DNA from: an uncultured delta proteobacterium
Lineage (GTDB): Bacteria > Myxococcota > Myxococcia > Myxococcales > Anaeromyxobacteraceae
NCBI GenBank assembly: GCA_963766715.1
Contig: CAVYBH010000012.1
Coordinates: 1-64,000 of the forward strand
DNA: 64,000 nucleotides
Direction: 5' to 3'
The notes below the pieces were generated by a model. The model was given only the letters and a program-made list of their open reading frames with translations, did not search any database and was not told where the DNA came from. The position numbers were made by a program, and so were the translations under genes. Below are positions 55,532-64,000 of the stretch, piece after piece (within the stretch, counting starts at the first letter, position 1; each line of letters opens with the position of its first letter).

Positions 55532-55858
55532 TCAGGGGAACGAGTACACGGTGGGCCACTGCGGTTCCTGCTGGGTGAGCAGGGACCACACGTCGTCCCC
55601 GGGCTCGGTTCCCGCCGAGGGCTGCAGGATCACCGCCTCGGCAGCGGGGACCGTCGAGACGGGGAACCAGTGGGCTGCGAGCAGCTGGAGCGCCTGCTCC
55701 TCGTCCGCCGCAGCGACGTACAGCCAGCAGGAGGGCGGGCCCCCCTCCGCGACCTTCCGCACGTTCACCGGAATCCCGGCGACCCGCAGCAGGGCGGTGG
55801 CCTGCTCGGCCTGGTAGACCGGCACCCCAGCGAGCACTTCGACAGGGCTCCATGGCAT
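55532..55858 (-). CDS. DUF2007-like (putative signal-transducing) protein
   Basis: AEQATALLRVAGIP..LYVAAADEEQALQLL pattern. Confidence 0.6.
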   Translation of the reverse strand: MPWSPVEVLAGVPVYQAEQATALLRVAGIPVNVRKVAEGGPPSCWLYVAAADEEQALQLLAAHWFPVSTVPAAEAVILQPSAGTEPGDDVWSLLTQQEPQWPTVYSFP

Positions 55859-56022
55859 AGGGAGCGAATCCTAGTGCGGCGGCCGCCGGATGAGGATCCC
55901 TCCTGCGTAGGGGCCCTCGGAAAGGCTAACCCCGTGGCGGCCCGTTCCGGGCGGTCGAGGGGTGGAGGCGCGCGCCGGCCTGGCCTTGCCAACCGGTCGG
56001 CCCGGTGCCACCCTCCGCCTTC

Positions 56023-58350
56023 GTGAAGGACGCCCACGAGCAGCCCGCCGTCGCGCGACCCCGCCTCCGTCTCTCGGAGCGACTGGCCGCGGCGTTGCTC
56101 CTCGCCACGGCTGCGGTCGTGACCGCGTTCCTGGCCGTGCCCGGCTCGCCGCCGGAGGTGCCCGGCGAGGAGGCACTGGGGCTTCCTGCGCCTTCCACGC
56201 TTCGGGCCCCTCGCGATCTCGCCATCCCGGACGAGGAGGGGACCCGGCGTCGGCGCGACGAGGCTGCCTCCGAGGAGCCGAGGGTCTTCGACCACGACCT
56301 GGCTGCCGGGGACGAGGTGGCTGCCCGGGTCCGGGGCGCCTTCCAGCTGATGCGGGCCACGGAGGCGCAGTGGGCGGCCCGCCGGGGCAGCGGGCGCCGG
56401 GAGACCCGGGCCGACCAGGCCGACCTGGCCCGGGCCTACGCGGCCCGGCGCGACGATTTCGCCTCCCGCCTCCAGCTCTGGGTCGACGACCCCAGCTTCG
56501 CCGCCCTCTCCGAGGCGCGCTTCGGAGAGAGTGCCGAGGAGGCCCTGGTCGGGCTCACCCGGCGCAGCCTGGAAAGGCCGGTGCTGGAGGACCGGTCGCT
56601 CCTCGCCGCCGACCGCGAGCGCGGCATCCGCGTCCGGGACGTCCGCGCCGGCGTGGTCCGGGGCGAGAGGGCCGTCCGGGACTTCGCCTCGCTGGAGGAC
56701 CTCGCGGGGGCCCGTGCCGCCGTGCAGCTGGGGGCGGAGGCGATTCCCGACGCGACCCCGAGACAGCGCGCGGCGCTGGGCAACGTGGCGGCCGACCTCC
56801 TCCGGCCCTCGCTCGTGCTCTCGCAGGCCGAGACGGAGCGGCGCCGCGCGGCCGCCGCGGCCGGCGTCGCACCCGTGGTCATTCCCGTCCGCCGGGGAGA
56901 GGTCATCGTCCCGGCCGGCGAGCGGATCGAGCGCCGGCACCTCGCCGTCCTGCGCGGGATGAAGGAGCAGAACCGGCTCTTCGACCGGGCCGCCATGCGG
57001 GTAGGGGCCGGCGTCCTGGTCGGGATGATGCTGGTCGTCCTCTGGGCCGCTGCGGCTCGCCTGGGCGGCTCGATCCGTCCGAGGCGGCGCGGCGCGATCC
57101 TCCTCTCCGGGCTCTACCTCGCCATGCTCGGGGCCGCCGCGGCCGGCGTCGCCCTCGGGGACCACTTCCACGAGCGGCTCCATCCCCTGGGCGTGGAGAG
57201 CTTCTCGCTGCTCGTCCCGATCCCGGCCGGGGCCGCGATCGCCGCGATGCTGCTGTCGCCCGCCGCGGGAGTCCTGCTCGCCATCGCGGTCGGCGCCTCG
57301 GTGGGGCTGCTCGGCGGACCCTCGGTCGCGCTGGGGCTGCAGGTCACGCTCACCTCGGTCGCCGCGGCGCTCCTGCTCGCGCGCGCCCAGCGCCGGCGCC
57401 ACGTCTGGCGGGCCGGCCTGGCCGTGGGTCTCATCCAGGCGCTGATGGTCGCGGCGAGCTGGCTCTTCGCCGGCCGGGCCCGGTTCGAGCTGCCGCCGCT
57501 CGAGCTCGTCACCGCGCTCGGCTCGGCCTTCCTGTCCGGGGCGCTGCTCCTTCCCCTCGCGGTGGTCACGGCCGTTCCCCTCCTCGAGTGGATCCTGGGG
57601 CTGGGCAGCGACCTTCGCCTGCGCGACCTCGCCAGCCTCAACCACCCGGCGCTGAAGGAGCTGATCGTCCAGGCGCCGGGGACCTGGCACCACTGCGTGG
57701 TGACGGGCTCGCTCGCCGCGGCCGGGGCCGACGCCATCGGCGCCGACGCGCTGCTGGCGCGGGTGGGCGCCCAGTTCCACGACCTGGGGAAGGGCAAGGA
57801 CCCCGCCTCGTTCATCGAGAACACCCGGGGCGAGAACCGGCTCGTCGACCTTCCGCCGCAGGAAGGAGCCGCCAGGGTCCGCCGCCACGTCGACGAGGGG
57901 GTGGCGCTGGCGCGCAGGTGGAAGCTGCCCCGCGCGGTGGTGGAGATTGTCGCGCAGCACCACGGGACGCGCCTCGTCTCCTTCTTCTGGTCCAAGGACC
58001 GTCGTCCGGCCGAGGGAGAAGGCGATCTGCCTCCGGCCTTCCGCTACCCCGGCCCGCGCCCGCAGACCCGCGAGGCCGCGCTGGTCATGATCGCCGACGC
58101 CTGCGAGGCCTCGTCTCGAGACCTGCCCGACCCCACGCCGGAGAAGCTCCTCCACCTGGTGCGCCGGCGCATCGCCGAGATCGTCGACGAGGGGCAGCTC
58201 GACGAGAGCGATCTCACCATCGGCGACCTGGATGCCGTGGCTCGCGCCATGGCGAGCGAGCTCGACCAGGTCTACCGGGCCCGCTCCGCCGGGGGCGCCC
58301 CGCCGTCCTCGCCGGACCGGTCGGCGCCGCTGCAGCTCGTCCGCCCGTGA
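56023..58350 (+). CDS. 7TM-HD membrane phosphohydrolase (PgpH-like)
   Basis: Extracellular domain, seven TM helices, APGTWHH, HDLGK, QHHGT, MIADACEA. Confidence 0.9.
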   Translation: MKDAHEQPAVARPRLRLSERLAAALLLATAAVVTAFLAVPGSPPEVPGEEALGLPAPSTLRAPRDLAIPDEEGTRRRRDEAASEEPRVFDHDLAAGDEVAARVRGAFQLMRATEAQWAARRGSGRRETRADQADLARAYAARRDDFASRLQLWVDDPSFAALSEARFGESAEEALVGLTRRSLERPVLEDRSLLAADRERGIRVRDVRAGVVRGERAVRDFASLEDLAGARAAVQLGAEAIPDATPRQRAALGNVAADLLRPSLVLSQAETERRRAAAAAGVAPVVIPVRRGEVIVPAGERIERRHLAVLRGMKEQNRLFDRAAMRVGAGVLVGMMLVVLWAAAARLGGSIRPRRRGAILLSGLYLAMLGAAAAGVALGDHFHERLHPLGVESFSLLVPIPAGAAIAAMLLSPAAGVLLAIAVGASVGLLGGPSVALGLQVTLTSVAAALLLARAQRRRHVWRAGLAVGLIQALMVAASWLFAGRARFELPPLELVTALGSAFLSGALLLPLAVVTAVPLLEWILGLGSDLRLRDLASLNHPALKELIVQAPGTWHHCVVTGSLAAAGADAIGADALLARVGAQFHDLGKGKDPASFIENTRGENRLVDLPPQEGAARVRRHVDEGVALARRWKLPRAVVEIVAQHHGTRLVSFFWSKDRRPAEGEGDLPPAFRYPGPRPQTREAALVMIADACEASSRDLPDPTPEKLLHLVRRRIAEIVDEGQLDESDLTIGDLDAVARAMASELDQVYRARSAGGAPPSSPDRSAPLQLVRP

Positions 58351-58812
58351 CCCTCGAGCTTCGAAGCGAGCACCCGTCCGGACGGGCCCTGGCGCGCCAC
58401 GTGCGCGCCCGCGCCCGCGCGCTGCTGCTCGCGGTGGACCGCCCCGACGCCTCCCTCTCCGTCCTGCTGACCACCGACGGCCGGATCCGGACCCTCAACC
58501 GGCGGTGGCGGTCGGTGGACCACGCCACCGACGTGCTCTCGTTCCCGGCGGACGACCCGCCCGGCAGCTCCCCCGAGCTGGGCGACCTCGCCATCTCCCT
58601 CGACACCGCCCTGCGTCGCGCCCGGATGGGGAGGGCGCAGCGTCCGGGACGAGGTCGATCGCTACCTCGTTCACGGGCTCCTCCACCTCCTCGGGCACGA
58701 CCACGAGCGCGCCGCCGACGCCCGCGCCATGGCCCGGCTCGAGGACGCGCTGCTGGGCGCGACCGGGATGGTCGCCGAGGCGATCCGTCCCGGAAGGCGG
58801 GAGAGGCGATGA
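58347..58812 (+). CDS. ybeY: rRNA maturation RNase YbeY (frameshift near 58630)
   Basis: LNRRWR..TDVLSFP, LGDLAIS, HGLLHLLGHDH. Confidence 0.95.
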
Positions 58813-60473
58813 GGCGCCGCGCCACCCGGTTCGCGCTCGCCGCGCTCGGCGGGCTCCTGGAGACCCTGTCCTTGCCGCTCGTGGTGCCGGGCCTGGGAAT
58901 CCGGCAGCTCGATCCCGGCGGGGCGCTCGAGTGGCTCGCCTGGGTGGGGCTCGTGCCCGCCATGCTGGCGCTCCGGTCGGCCTCCGGCCCGGGCGAGGCG
59001 GCCCTGCTCGGGCTGGTCGCGGGCGCGTCCGCCTTCTACGCCGCCATCTACTGGGTGAGCCACGCCATGACCGCCTTCGGCGGCCTCTCGGCCGGCGTGG
59101 CCTTCGTGGGGCTCTCCGCGCTGGTCCTCTACATGGCGGCCCACTGGGCGCTGGCCTTCTGGGGCTCCTTCACGGTCTGGAAGCGGGCTCGCATTCCGCT
59201 CTGGGTGAACCTGCCGCCGATCTGGGTGGCGACCGAGCTGTGCCGGAACTACCTCTTCACCGGATATCCCTGGGCCAACCTGGGCTACACGCAGGTCCGT
59301 CACCTGCCCGTGGCGCAGCTGGCCGCGCTGGGAGGCGTCTACGCCATCGCCGGCCTGGTGGTCCTGGTGAACGCGGTGATCGCGGCGTGGATCCCGGGGG
59401 CGCGGCTCCCCGGCGAGGGCCCGGCCCCGCGGCCGTGGCGGGCCACCGCGGTGGCCGTCGCGCTGCTGGCGGGGACGCTCGCCTGGGGCGCCTGGAACCT
59501 CGCGCAGGTGCGCGACCGGATGGCCGCGGCGCCCTGGGTGAAGGTCGGGCTGGTCCAGGCCAACGTGAGCCAGGAGGTGAAGAACCGGGCCCGGCAGAAC
59601 GCCGACCTCATCATCGGCCGGATGTGGCCGCTCACCCGGGAGGCCGACGCCCAGGGAGCCGTCTTCGTGGCCTGGCCGGAGGCCTCGTGGCCCTGGGCGG
59701 TCCCGCCCGACCTCGCGAGCCTCCTCACGGTGGCCCCCGACCTCGAGCCGCTCCGGCAGGCCCACCTGCTCCTCGGGGCGGCCACGCTTCGCTGGCTGCC
59801 CACGGCCGGGGGGCGCGTCGCGCAGGTGGAGAACTCGGCCTTCCTGCTCTCTCCCGGGCTGCGGGTGACCGACCGCTACGTGAAGCACCACCTCGTCCCG
59901 TTCGGAGAGTACGTCCCGCTGCGGGAGTGGCTCCCCTTCCTCCGCTCGGTGGTCCCCAACATGGCCCCGATGGCGTCCGGCGGGCGGCTCGAGGTCATGG
60001 CCTTCGAGAGCGGGGGGCGGCGGATCTCCTTCGCCCCCATGATCTGCTTCGACGCCATCTTCCCCGAGGTCGCCCGGGCCTTCGCGCTCCAGGACGCGGA
60101 CTTCCTCGTGAACCCGACCAACGACGCCTGGTACGGCTACTCCTCCGGTCCGTACCAGTTCCTGTCCATCGTCCAGATGCGGGCGGTGGAGACGGGAAGG
60201 GCGGTCGTGCGCCCCGCCTACTCGGGGGTGAGCGCCATCATCTACCCCACCGGCGAGCTCGGGCCCGGCGCTCTCGAGGTCGGCCCCGTCGATCGGTCGC
60301 TGGCGCCCGATCCGGACGAGCCCCCGCGGTTGCTGGTGGGCCAGCTGCCCATCTTGCAGGGGCGCACGCCCTACACCAGGTTCGGTGATAGCTTTGCCTG
60401 GCTCTGCGTCGCCGCGTCGGTCCTCATGCTCGCCACGGCCCTGCTGCGCCGCTCGCCCCGCCCAAACGCCTAG
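58809..60473 (+). CDS. lnt: Apolipoprotein N-acyltransferase
   Basis: TGYPW, WPEAS, KHHLVPFGEYVP, ICFD, TNDAWY, RAVETGR. Confidence 0.95.
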   Translation: MRRRATRFALAALGGLLETLSLPLVVPGLGIRQLDPGGALEWLAWVGLVPAMLALRSASGPGEAALLGLVAGASAFYAAIYWVSHAMTAFGGLSAGVAFVGLSALVLYMAAHWALAFWGSFTVWKRARIPLWVNLPPIWVATELCRNYLFTGYPWANLGYTQVRHLPVAQLAALGGVYAIAGLVVLVNAVIAAWIPGARLPGEGPAPRPWRATAVAVALLAGTLAWGAWNLAQVRDRMAAAPWVKVGLVQANVSQEVKNRARQNADLIIGRMWPLTREADAQGAVFVAWPEASWPWAVPPDLASLLTVAPDLEPLRQAHLLLGAATLRWLPTAGGRVAQVENSAFLLSPGLRVTDRYVKHHLVPFGEYVPLREWLPFLRSVVPNMAPMASGGRLEVMAFESGGRRISFAPMICFDAIFPEVARAFALQDADFLVNPTNDAWYGYSSGPYQFLSIVQMRAVETGRAVVRPAYSGVSAIIYPTGELGPGALEVGPVDRSLAPDPDEPPRLLVGQLPILQGRTPYTRFGDSFAWLCVAASVLMLATALLRRSPRPNA

Positions 60474-60487
60474 GAGATCCGGAACCC

Positions 60488-61607
60488 ATGCCTTCCCCGA
60501 CCGCAGAATGCCTGACCGACCTCGCTGGGCGGCTGGAGGCGCTCCGGGGGTCGCTTTGACGTCGAACGGAAGCGGTCCCGCATCGCCGAGATCTCCCGCC
60601 TCTCCGAGGACCCGGGATTCTGGACCGAGAACCAGAAGGCCCAGGCGCTGCTGAAGGAGAAGGCGTTGCTCGAGGCCACGGTCGCCGGCTTCGACCGCAC
60701 CTTCGGCGCCATGCAGGACGCCCGCGCGCTCGACGAGCTGGCCGAGGAGGCGCGAGACGAGTCGGCGCGCACCGAGGCCGCCTCCCACGCCGCCGAGGTG
60801 GTGCGGCAGGTCGAGCGGCTGGAGTTCCGCCGCATGCTCTCCGGGCCTCACGACGGCGCTCCCGCCATCGTCGAGGTGAAGAGCGGCGCAGGCGGCGTGG
60901 AAGCCATGGACTGGGCCGCCATGCTCTACCGGATGTACGTCCGCTACTGCGAGCGGAAGGGCTGGGAGGTCGAGCCGGCCGACCTGGTGGCCGGCGAGGA
61001 GGCCGGCATCTCCAGCGCGTCCTTCATCGTCCGAGGCGAGTACGCCTACGGCTTCCTCAAGGCCGAGCGGGGCGTGCACCGCCTGGTGCGCATCAGCCCG
61101 TTCGACTCGGCCGCGCGGCGCCAGACCAGCTTCGCCGCGGTGGACGTCACCCCCGAGATCGAGGACGACATCGTCATCGACATCAAGGAGGCCGACGTCC
61201 GGATCGACACCTACCGCTCCTCGGGCGCGGGCGGCCAGAAGGTGAACAAGACCGACTCGGCGGTCCGCATCACCCACCTCCCCACCGGGATCGTGGTGGC
61301 CGTGCAGAACGAGCGGAGCCAGCAGAAGAACCGGGGCGTGGCCTGGAAGATCCTGCGCTCCCGCCTCTACGAGTACGAGGAGCGGAAGCGGCAGGTGGTT
61401 CGCGACGCCGAGGAGGCCCAGAAGAAGGACATCGACTTCGGGTCGCAGATCCGCAGCTACGTGCTCCAGCCCTACCGGATGGTGAAGGACCTGCGCACCG
61501 GCATCGAGACGGGCAAGGTCGAGGACGTCCTCGACGGCGACCTCGACGGGTTCATCCAGCCCTACCTCCTGGGCGTCCGGCGCACCGACCGCGTGGTCGA
61601 CGACTAG
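60488..61607 (+). CDS. prfB: Peptide chain release factor 2 (programmed +1 frameshift at 60554-60560)
   Basis: 23-codon first ORF ending CTT-TGA-C; second frame has RISPFD and GGQ. Confidence 0.97.
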
Positions 61608-61632
61608 AGCGGCGCGCGAGCGGCCGGCAGCG

Positions 61633-62577
61633 CTACGTCGGCGCGTAGACGATGGGCTGGCGCGCCTGGAAGAAGCGCTCGACCGCGTCCACCGCCCATC
61701 CGGGGAGCCCGTGGAGCCGGACGCCGCAGCCGGCCGGCTGGCGGCCGGTGGTGGCGGACTTGCCGCGCAGGAAGGCCACCTCGCCCTCGAGCTCGAGCTT
61801 GCGCCCGTCGGCGAGGCCGAGGCGCACCTGGACGCGCGTGCCCACGGCCGGCGGCATGGCGGTGGCGATGAACACCCCGCCGGAGTCGATGCGGCGGGTG
61901 ATGCCCACGTAGAAGTTGTGCTCCGAGACCAGGCTGACGCTCACGTCGACCCGGGCGTTCATCGGCGGCCGCCGCGGCTCCTCGACCAGCTCCTCGTCGA
62001 TGAGGGCCATCAGGTCGGGCGCGGGGCGGGGCGGGGCGCGAGGCGGGGTCTCGTCCTGCTCGGCCAGCGTCGGGGGAACGAACGGCGCCGGAGGCGGGCG
62101 CGCGGCGGGGAAGGGTGCAGGGGGAGGGGCGGCCGCGGGAGGAGGCGGCGCGATGACGGAGGGGGCCCTCGGCGGGACGAAGGGACGCGGGACCGGGCGC
62201 GACGGTCCCGGCTCGGCCAGGATGGCCGGGCTCGAAAGCACGTCGGCGCGCGACAGGGCCCGCTCGGCCCCGGCCACCGCGGCGAGCGGCTCGACCACCT
62301 CGCGCGAGGGCGCCACCATGACCACCCGGACGCCGATCCGGGACGCAGCCTGGGCCGCGGTGAGCGCCGCTCCCCAGGACGCATCCGGGGAGGGCGGGAG
62401 GACCAGCGCGACGAGCTGCGGGGCGACCGCGCGCACGAGCACGTCGAGGTCCGAGGGCCCCGGCGCCACGAAGAGGGCCCAGCCCGCGGACTCGGCGTGG
62501 ACGTGGAGCGCCGAGGCGAGCTCGGCGTCCGAGCCCACCACGAGGATCCGCGTCGAGCCGGCCGCGGCGACGGTCAC
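61633..62577 (-). CDS. Degenerate receiver-like domain, Pro-rich linker and PilZ-like (TIGR02266-type) domain
   Basis: RILVVGSD..; SEHNFYVG..SGGVFIAT..GCGVRL; GTGA overlap with pilT. Confidence 0.75.
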   Translation of the reverse strand: MTVAAAGSTRILVVGSDAELASALHVHAESAGWALFVAPGPSDLDVLVRAVAPQLVALVLPPSPDASWGAALTAAQAASRIGVRVVMVAPSREVVEPLAAVAGAERALSRADVLSSPAILAEPGPSRPVPRPFVPPRAPSVIAPPPPAAAPPPAPFPAARPPPAPFVPPTLAEQDETPPRAPPRPAPDLMALIDEELVEEPRRPPMNARVDVSVSLVSEHNFYVGITRRIDSGGVFIATAMPPAVGTRVQVRLGLADGRKLELEGEVAFLRGKSATTGRQPAGCGVRLHGLPGWAVDAVERFFQARQPIVYAPT

Positions 62578-63689
62578 GCGGGGCGGCCTCCGGTCTCGAT
62601 CAGGATGCGACGCTCGAGGTCGGCGCGGTTGGTCGCGTTCCCGAGCGCGGTGTCGAGCGAGATCCGCCGCGCCTCGTGCAGCTTGTAGAGGTACTGGTCG
62701 AAGGAGTGCATGCCCAGGTCGGCGCCGGCCGTCTCCATGTACGGCTTCACCTCCTTGATCCGGGCGGCGTCGCGGACCATCTCGCGCACCGTGGAGGTGG
62801 CGAGCAGCGCCTCGACCGCCGGGATGAGGCCGGCGGCGTCGGCCCGCAGGAGGAGCCGCAGCGCCACCACGGCCTGGAGGTTGTCGGCGAGCCGGGCCCG
62901 CACGGTCTCCTGCTCGTCGGAGGGGAAGAGCCCCACCAGCCGGCCGATGGCGCGCGGCACGTCGGGCGTGTGGAGCGAGGTGATGACGAGGTGGCCGGTC
63001 TCCGCCGCCTTGAGGCAGATGTCGGCGGACTCCCGGTCGCGGAGCTCGCCCACCATGATGACGTCCGGGTCCTGGCGGAGCGCGGCGCGCAGCGCGTCGG
63101 AGTAGCTGGCGGTGTCGGAGCCGACCTCGCGCTGGATGACCAGGCCGCGCCCCGAGGAGAAGATGAACTCGATGGGGTCCTCCACCGTGACCACGTGGAG
63201 GCGCTCCTGCTGGATGATGTGGTGGATGATGGCGGCGATGGTGGTGGACTTGCCGTTGCCCGTGGCGCCGCTCACCACGATGAGCCCGCGCCTCGCCTCG
63301 GCGACGGTGGCGACGACGGGCGGGAGGTTGAGGGTGGCGAAGTCGGGCACCGAGAAGGGGATGGTGCGCATCACCGCGCCCCAGCTCCCGCGCTGCTTGA
63401 AGATGCTGGCCCGGAAGCGGGACACGCCCGGCAGGGAGTAGCTGCGGTCCACCTCGCGGAAATCGAGCGGGCCGAACCCGGAGCCGGGCGCCTGGAGGAC
63501 GAAGTTGGCGATGGCCTCGGTGTCGGCGTGGGTGAGCGCCGGGACCTTGGCGGCGAGCAGCTCGCCGTAGACGCGGTAGGTGGGTGGATACCCCACCTCG
63601 AAGTGCACGTCGCTGGCCTGTCTTTTCACGGCCAGCTGCAGGAACGAGTGGAACAGCTCCTCGCTCAGAGGCCCCTGGGACGGTTCCAT
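62574..63689 (-). CDS. pilT: PilT/PilU family type IV pilus retraction ATPase (paralogue)
   Basis: ASDVH, GATGNGKST, EDPIE, LRQDPD, AETGHLV..SLHT. Confidence 0.9.
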   Translation of the reverse strand: MEPSQGPLSEELFHSFLQLAVKRQASDVHFEVGYPPTYRVYGELLAAKVPALTHADTEAIANFVLQAPGSGFGPLDFREVDRSYSLPGVSRFRASIFKQRGSWGAVMRTIPFSVPDFATLNLPPVVATVAEARRGLIVVSGATGNGKSTTIAAIIHHIIQQERLHVVTVEDPIEFIFSSGRGLVIQREVGSDTASYSDALRAALRQDPDVIMVGELRDRESADICLKAAETGHLVITSLHTPDVPRAIGRLVGLFPSDEQETVRARLADNLQAVVALRLLLRADAAGLIPAVEALLATSTVREMVRDAARIKEVKPYMETAGADLGMHSFDQYLYKLHEARRISLDTALGNATNRADLERRILIETGGRPA

Positions 63690-63748
63690 CGGACCAGTGT
63701 AGCCCGCGGCGAGTGGCGGGGGAATCTCGCGTGTGGTTGCATGGGCGC

Positions 63749-64000
63749 ATGCTCGCGTCCGTCGACGAAGCCGCGCGCCTGCTCGAGGGGGCGGGCTACC
63801 TGCCCTCCCGCGAGATCTCCACCTCGGTCTTCCTGGCCGAGCGCCTCGAGAAGCCCCTGCTCGTGGAGGGGCCGGCCGGCGTCGGGAAGACCGAGCTCGC
63901 GCTGGCGCTCGCCGCGGCCACCGGGAGGAAGCTCCTGCGCCTCCAGTGCTACGAGGGGCTCGACGAGGCCAAGGCGGTCTACGAGTGGGAGTACGGCAAG
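63749..64000 (+). CDS. MoxR/CoxD-like AAA+ ATPase (3'-truncated)
   Basis: PLLVEGPAGVGKTEL, RLQCYEGLD..YEWEY. Confidence 0.9.
   Translation, partial: MLASVDEAARLLEGAGYLPSREISTSVFLAERLEKPLLVEGPAGVGKTELALALAAATGRKLLRLQCYEGLDEAKAVYEWEYGK

Noticed and set aside
55962..60473. 1503-aa ORF joining YbeY N-terminus and Lnt
   Set aside because: Shadow frame plus the ybeY frameshift; lnt has its own ATG at 58809.

Overview
High-GC chromosomal window from a myxobacterium-like deltaproteobacterium. Gene content and order suggest an Anaeromyxobacter relative (inference). The left half (1-31 kb) is accessory: a triple-CHRD lipoprotein, three stand-alone hemerythrins, two TerB-domain proteins (one apparently fused to a DUF294 nucleotidyltransferase), a small alarmone hydrolase, and a multiheme cytochrome/NrfC/NrfD/NapC redox cluster behind an FNR-like box. 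It also holds tRNA-Arg(CCG) with a decayed 2.4-kb island at its 3' end. The right half is core: yceD-rpmF-plsX-fabHDG-acpP-fabF-rpiB-glyA-nrdR-ribDE(BA)H-nusB, asnS, leuS-lptE, rpsT, mazG, phoH-HD-ybeY-lnt-prfB, and a pilT paralogue. Roughly 25 single-base frameshifts, several in essential genes, look like long-read assembly errors; only the prfB shift is a genuine programmed one. The best novel candidate is an unannotated ~77-nt minus-strand small RNA (6936-7012). It has a sigma54-type promoter, a hairpin exposing a C-rich anti-Shine-Dalgarno loop, and an intrinsic terminator. Other candidates: a DnaA-box/IHF-like cluster between rpsT and mazG, a DUF4388-MshEN-TM-pseudopilin-like fusion, a TerB-DUF294 fusion, a tandem-repeat protein heading the redox operon, and several microproteins. 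No database searches were run; all family calls come from motif recognition.
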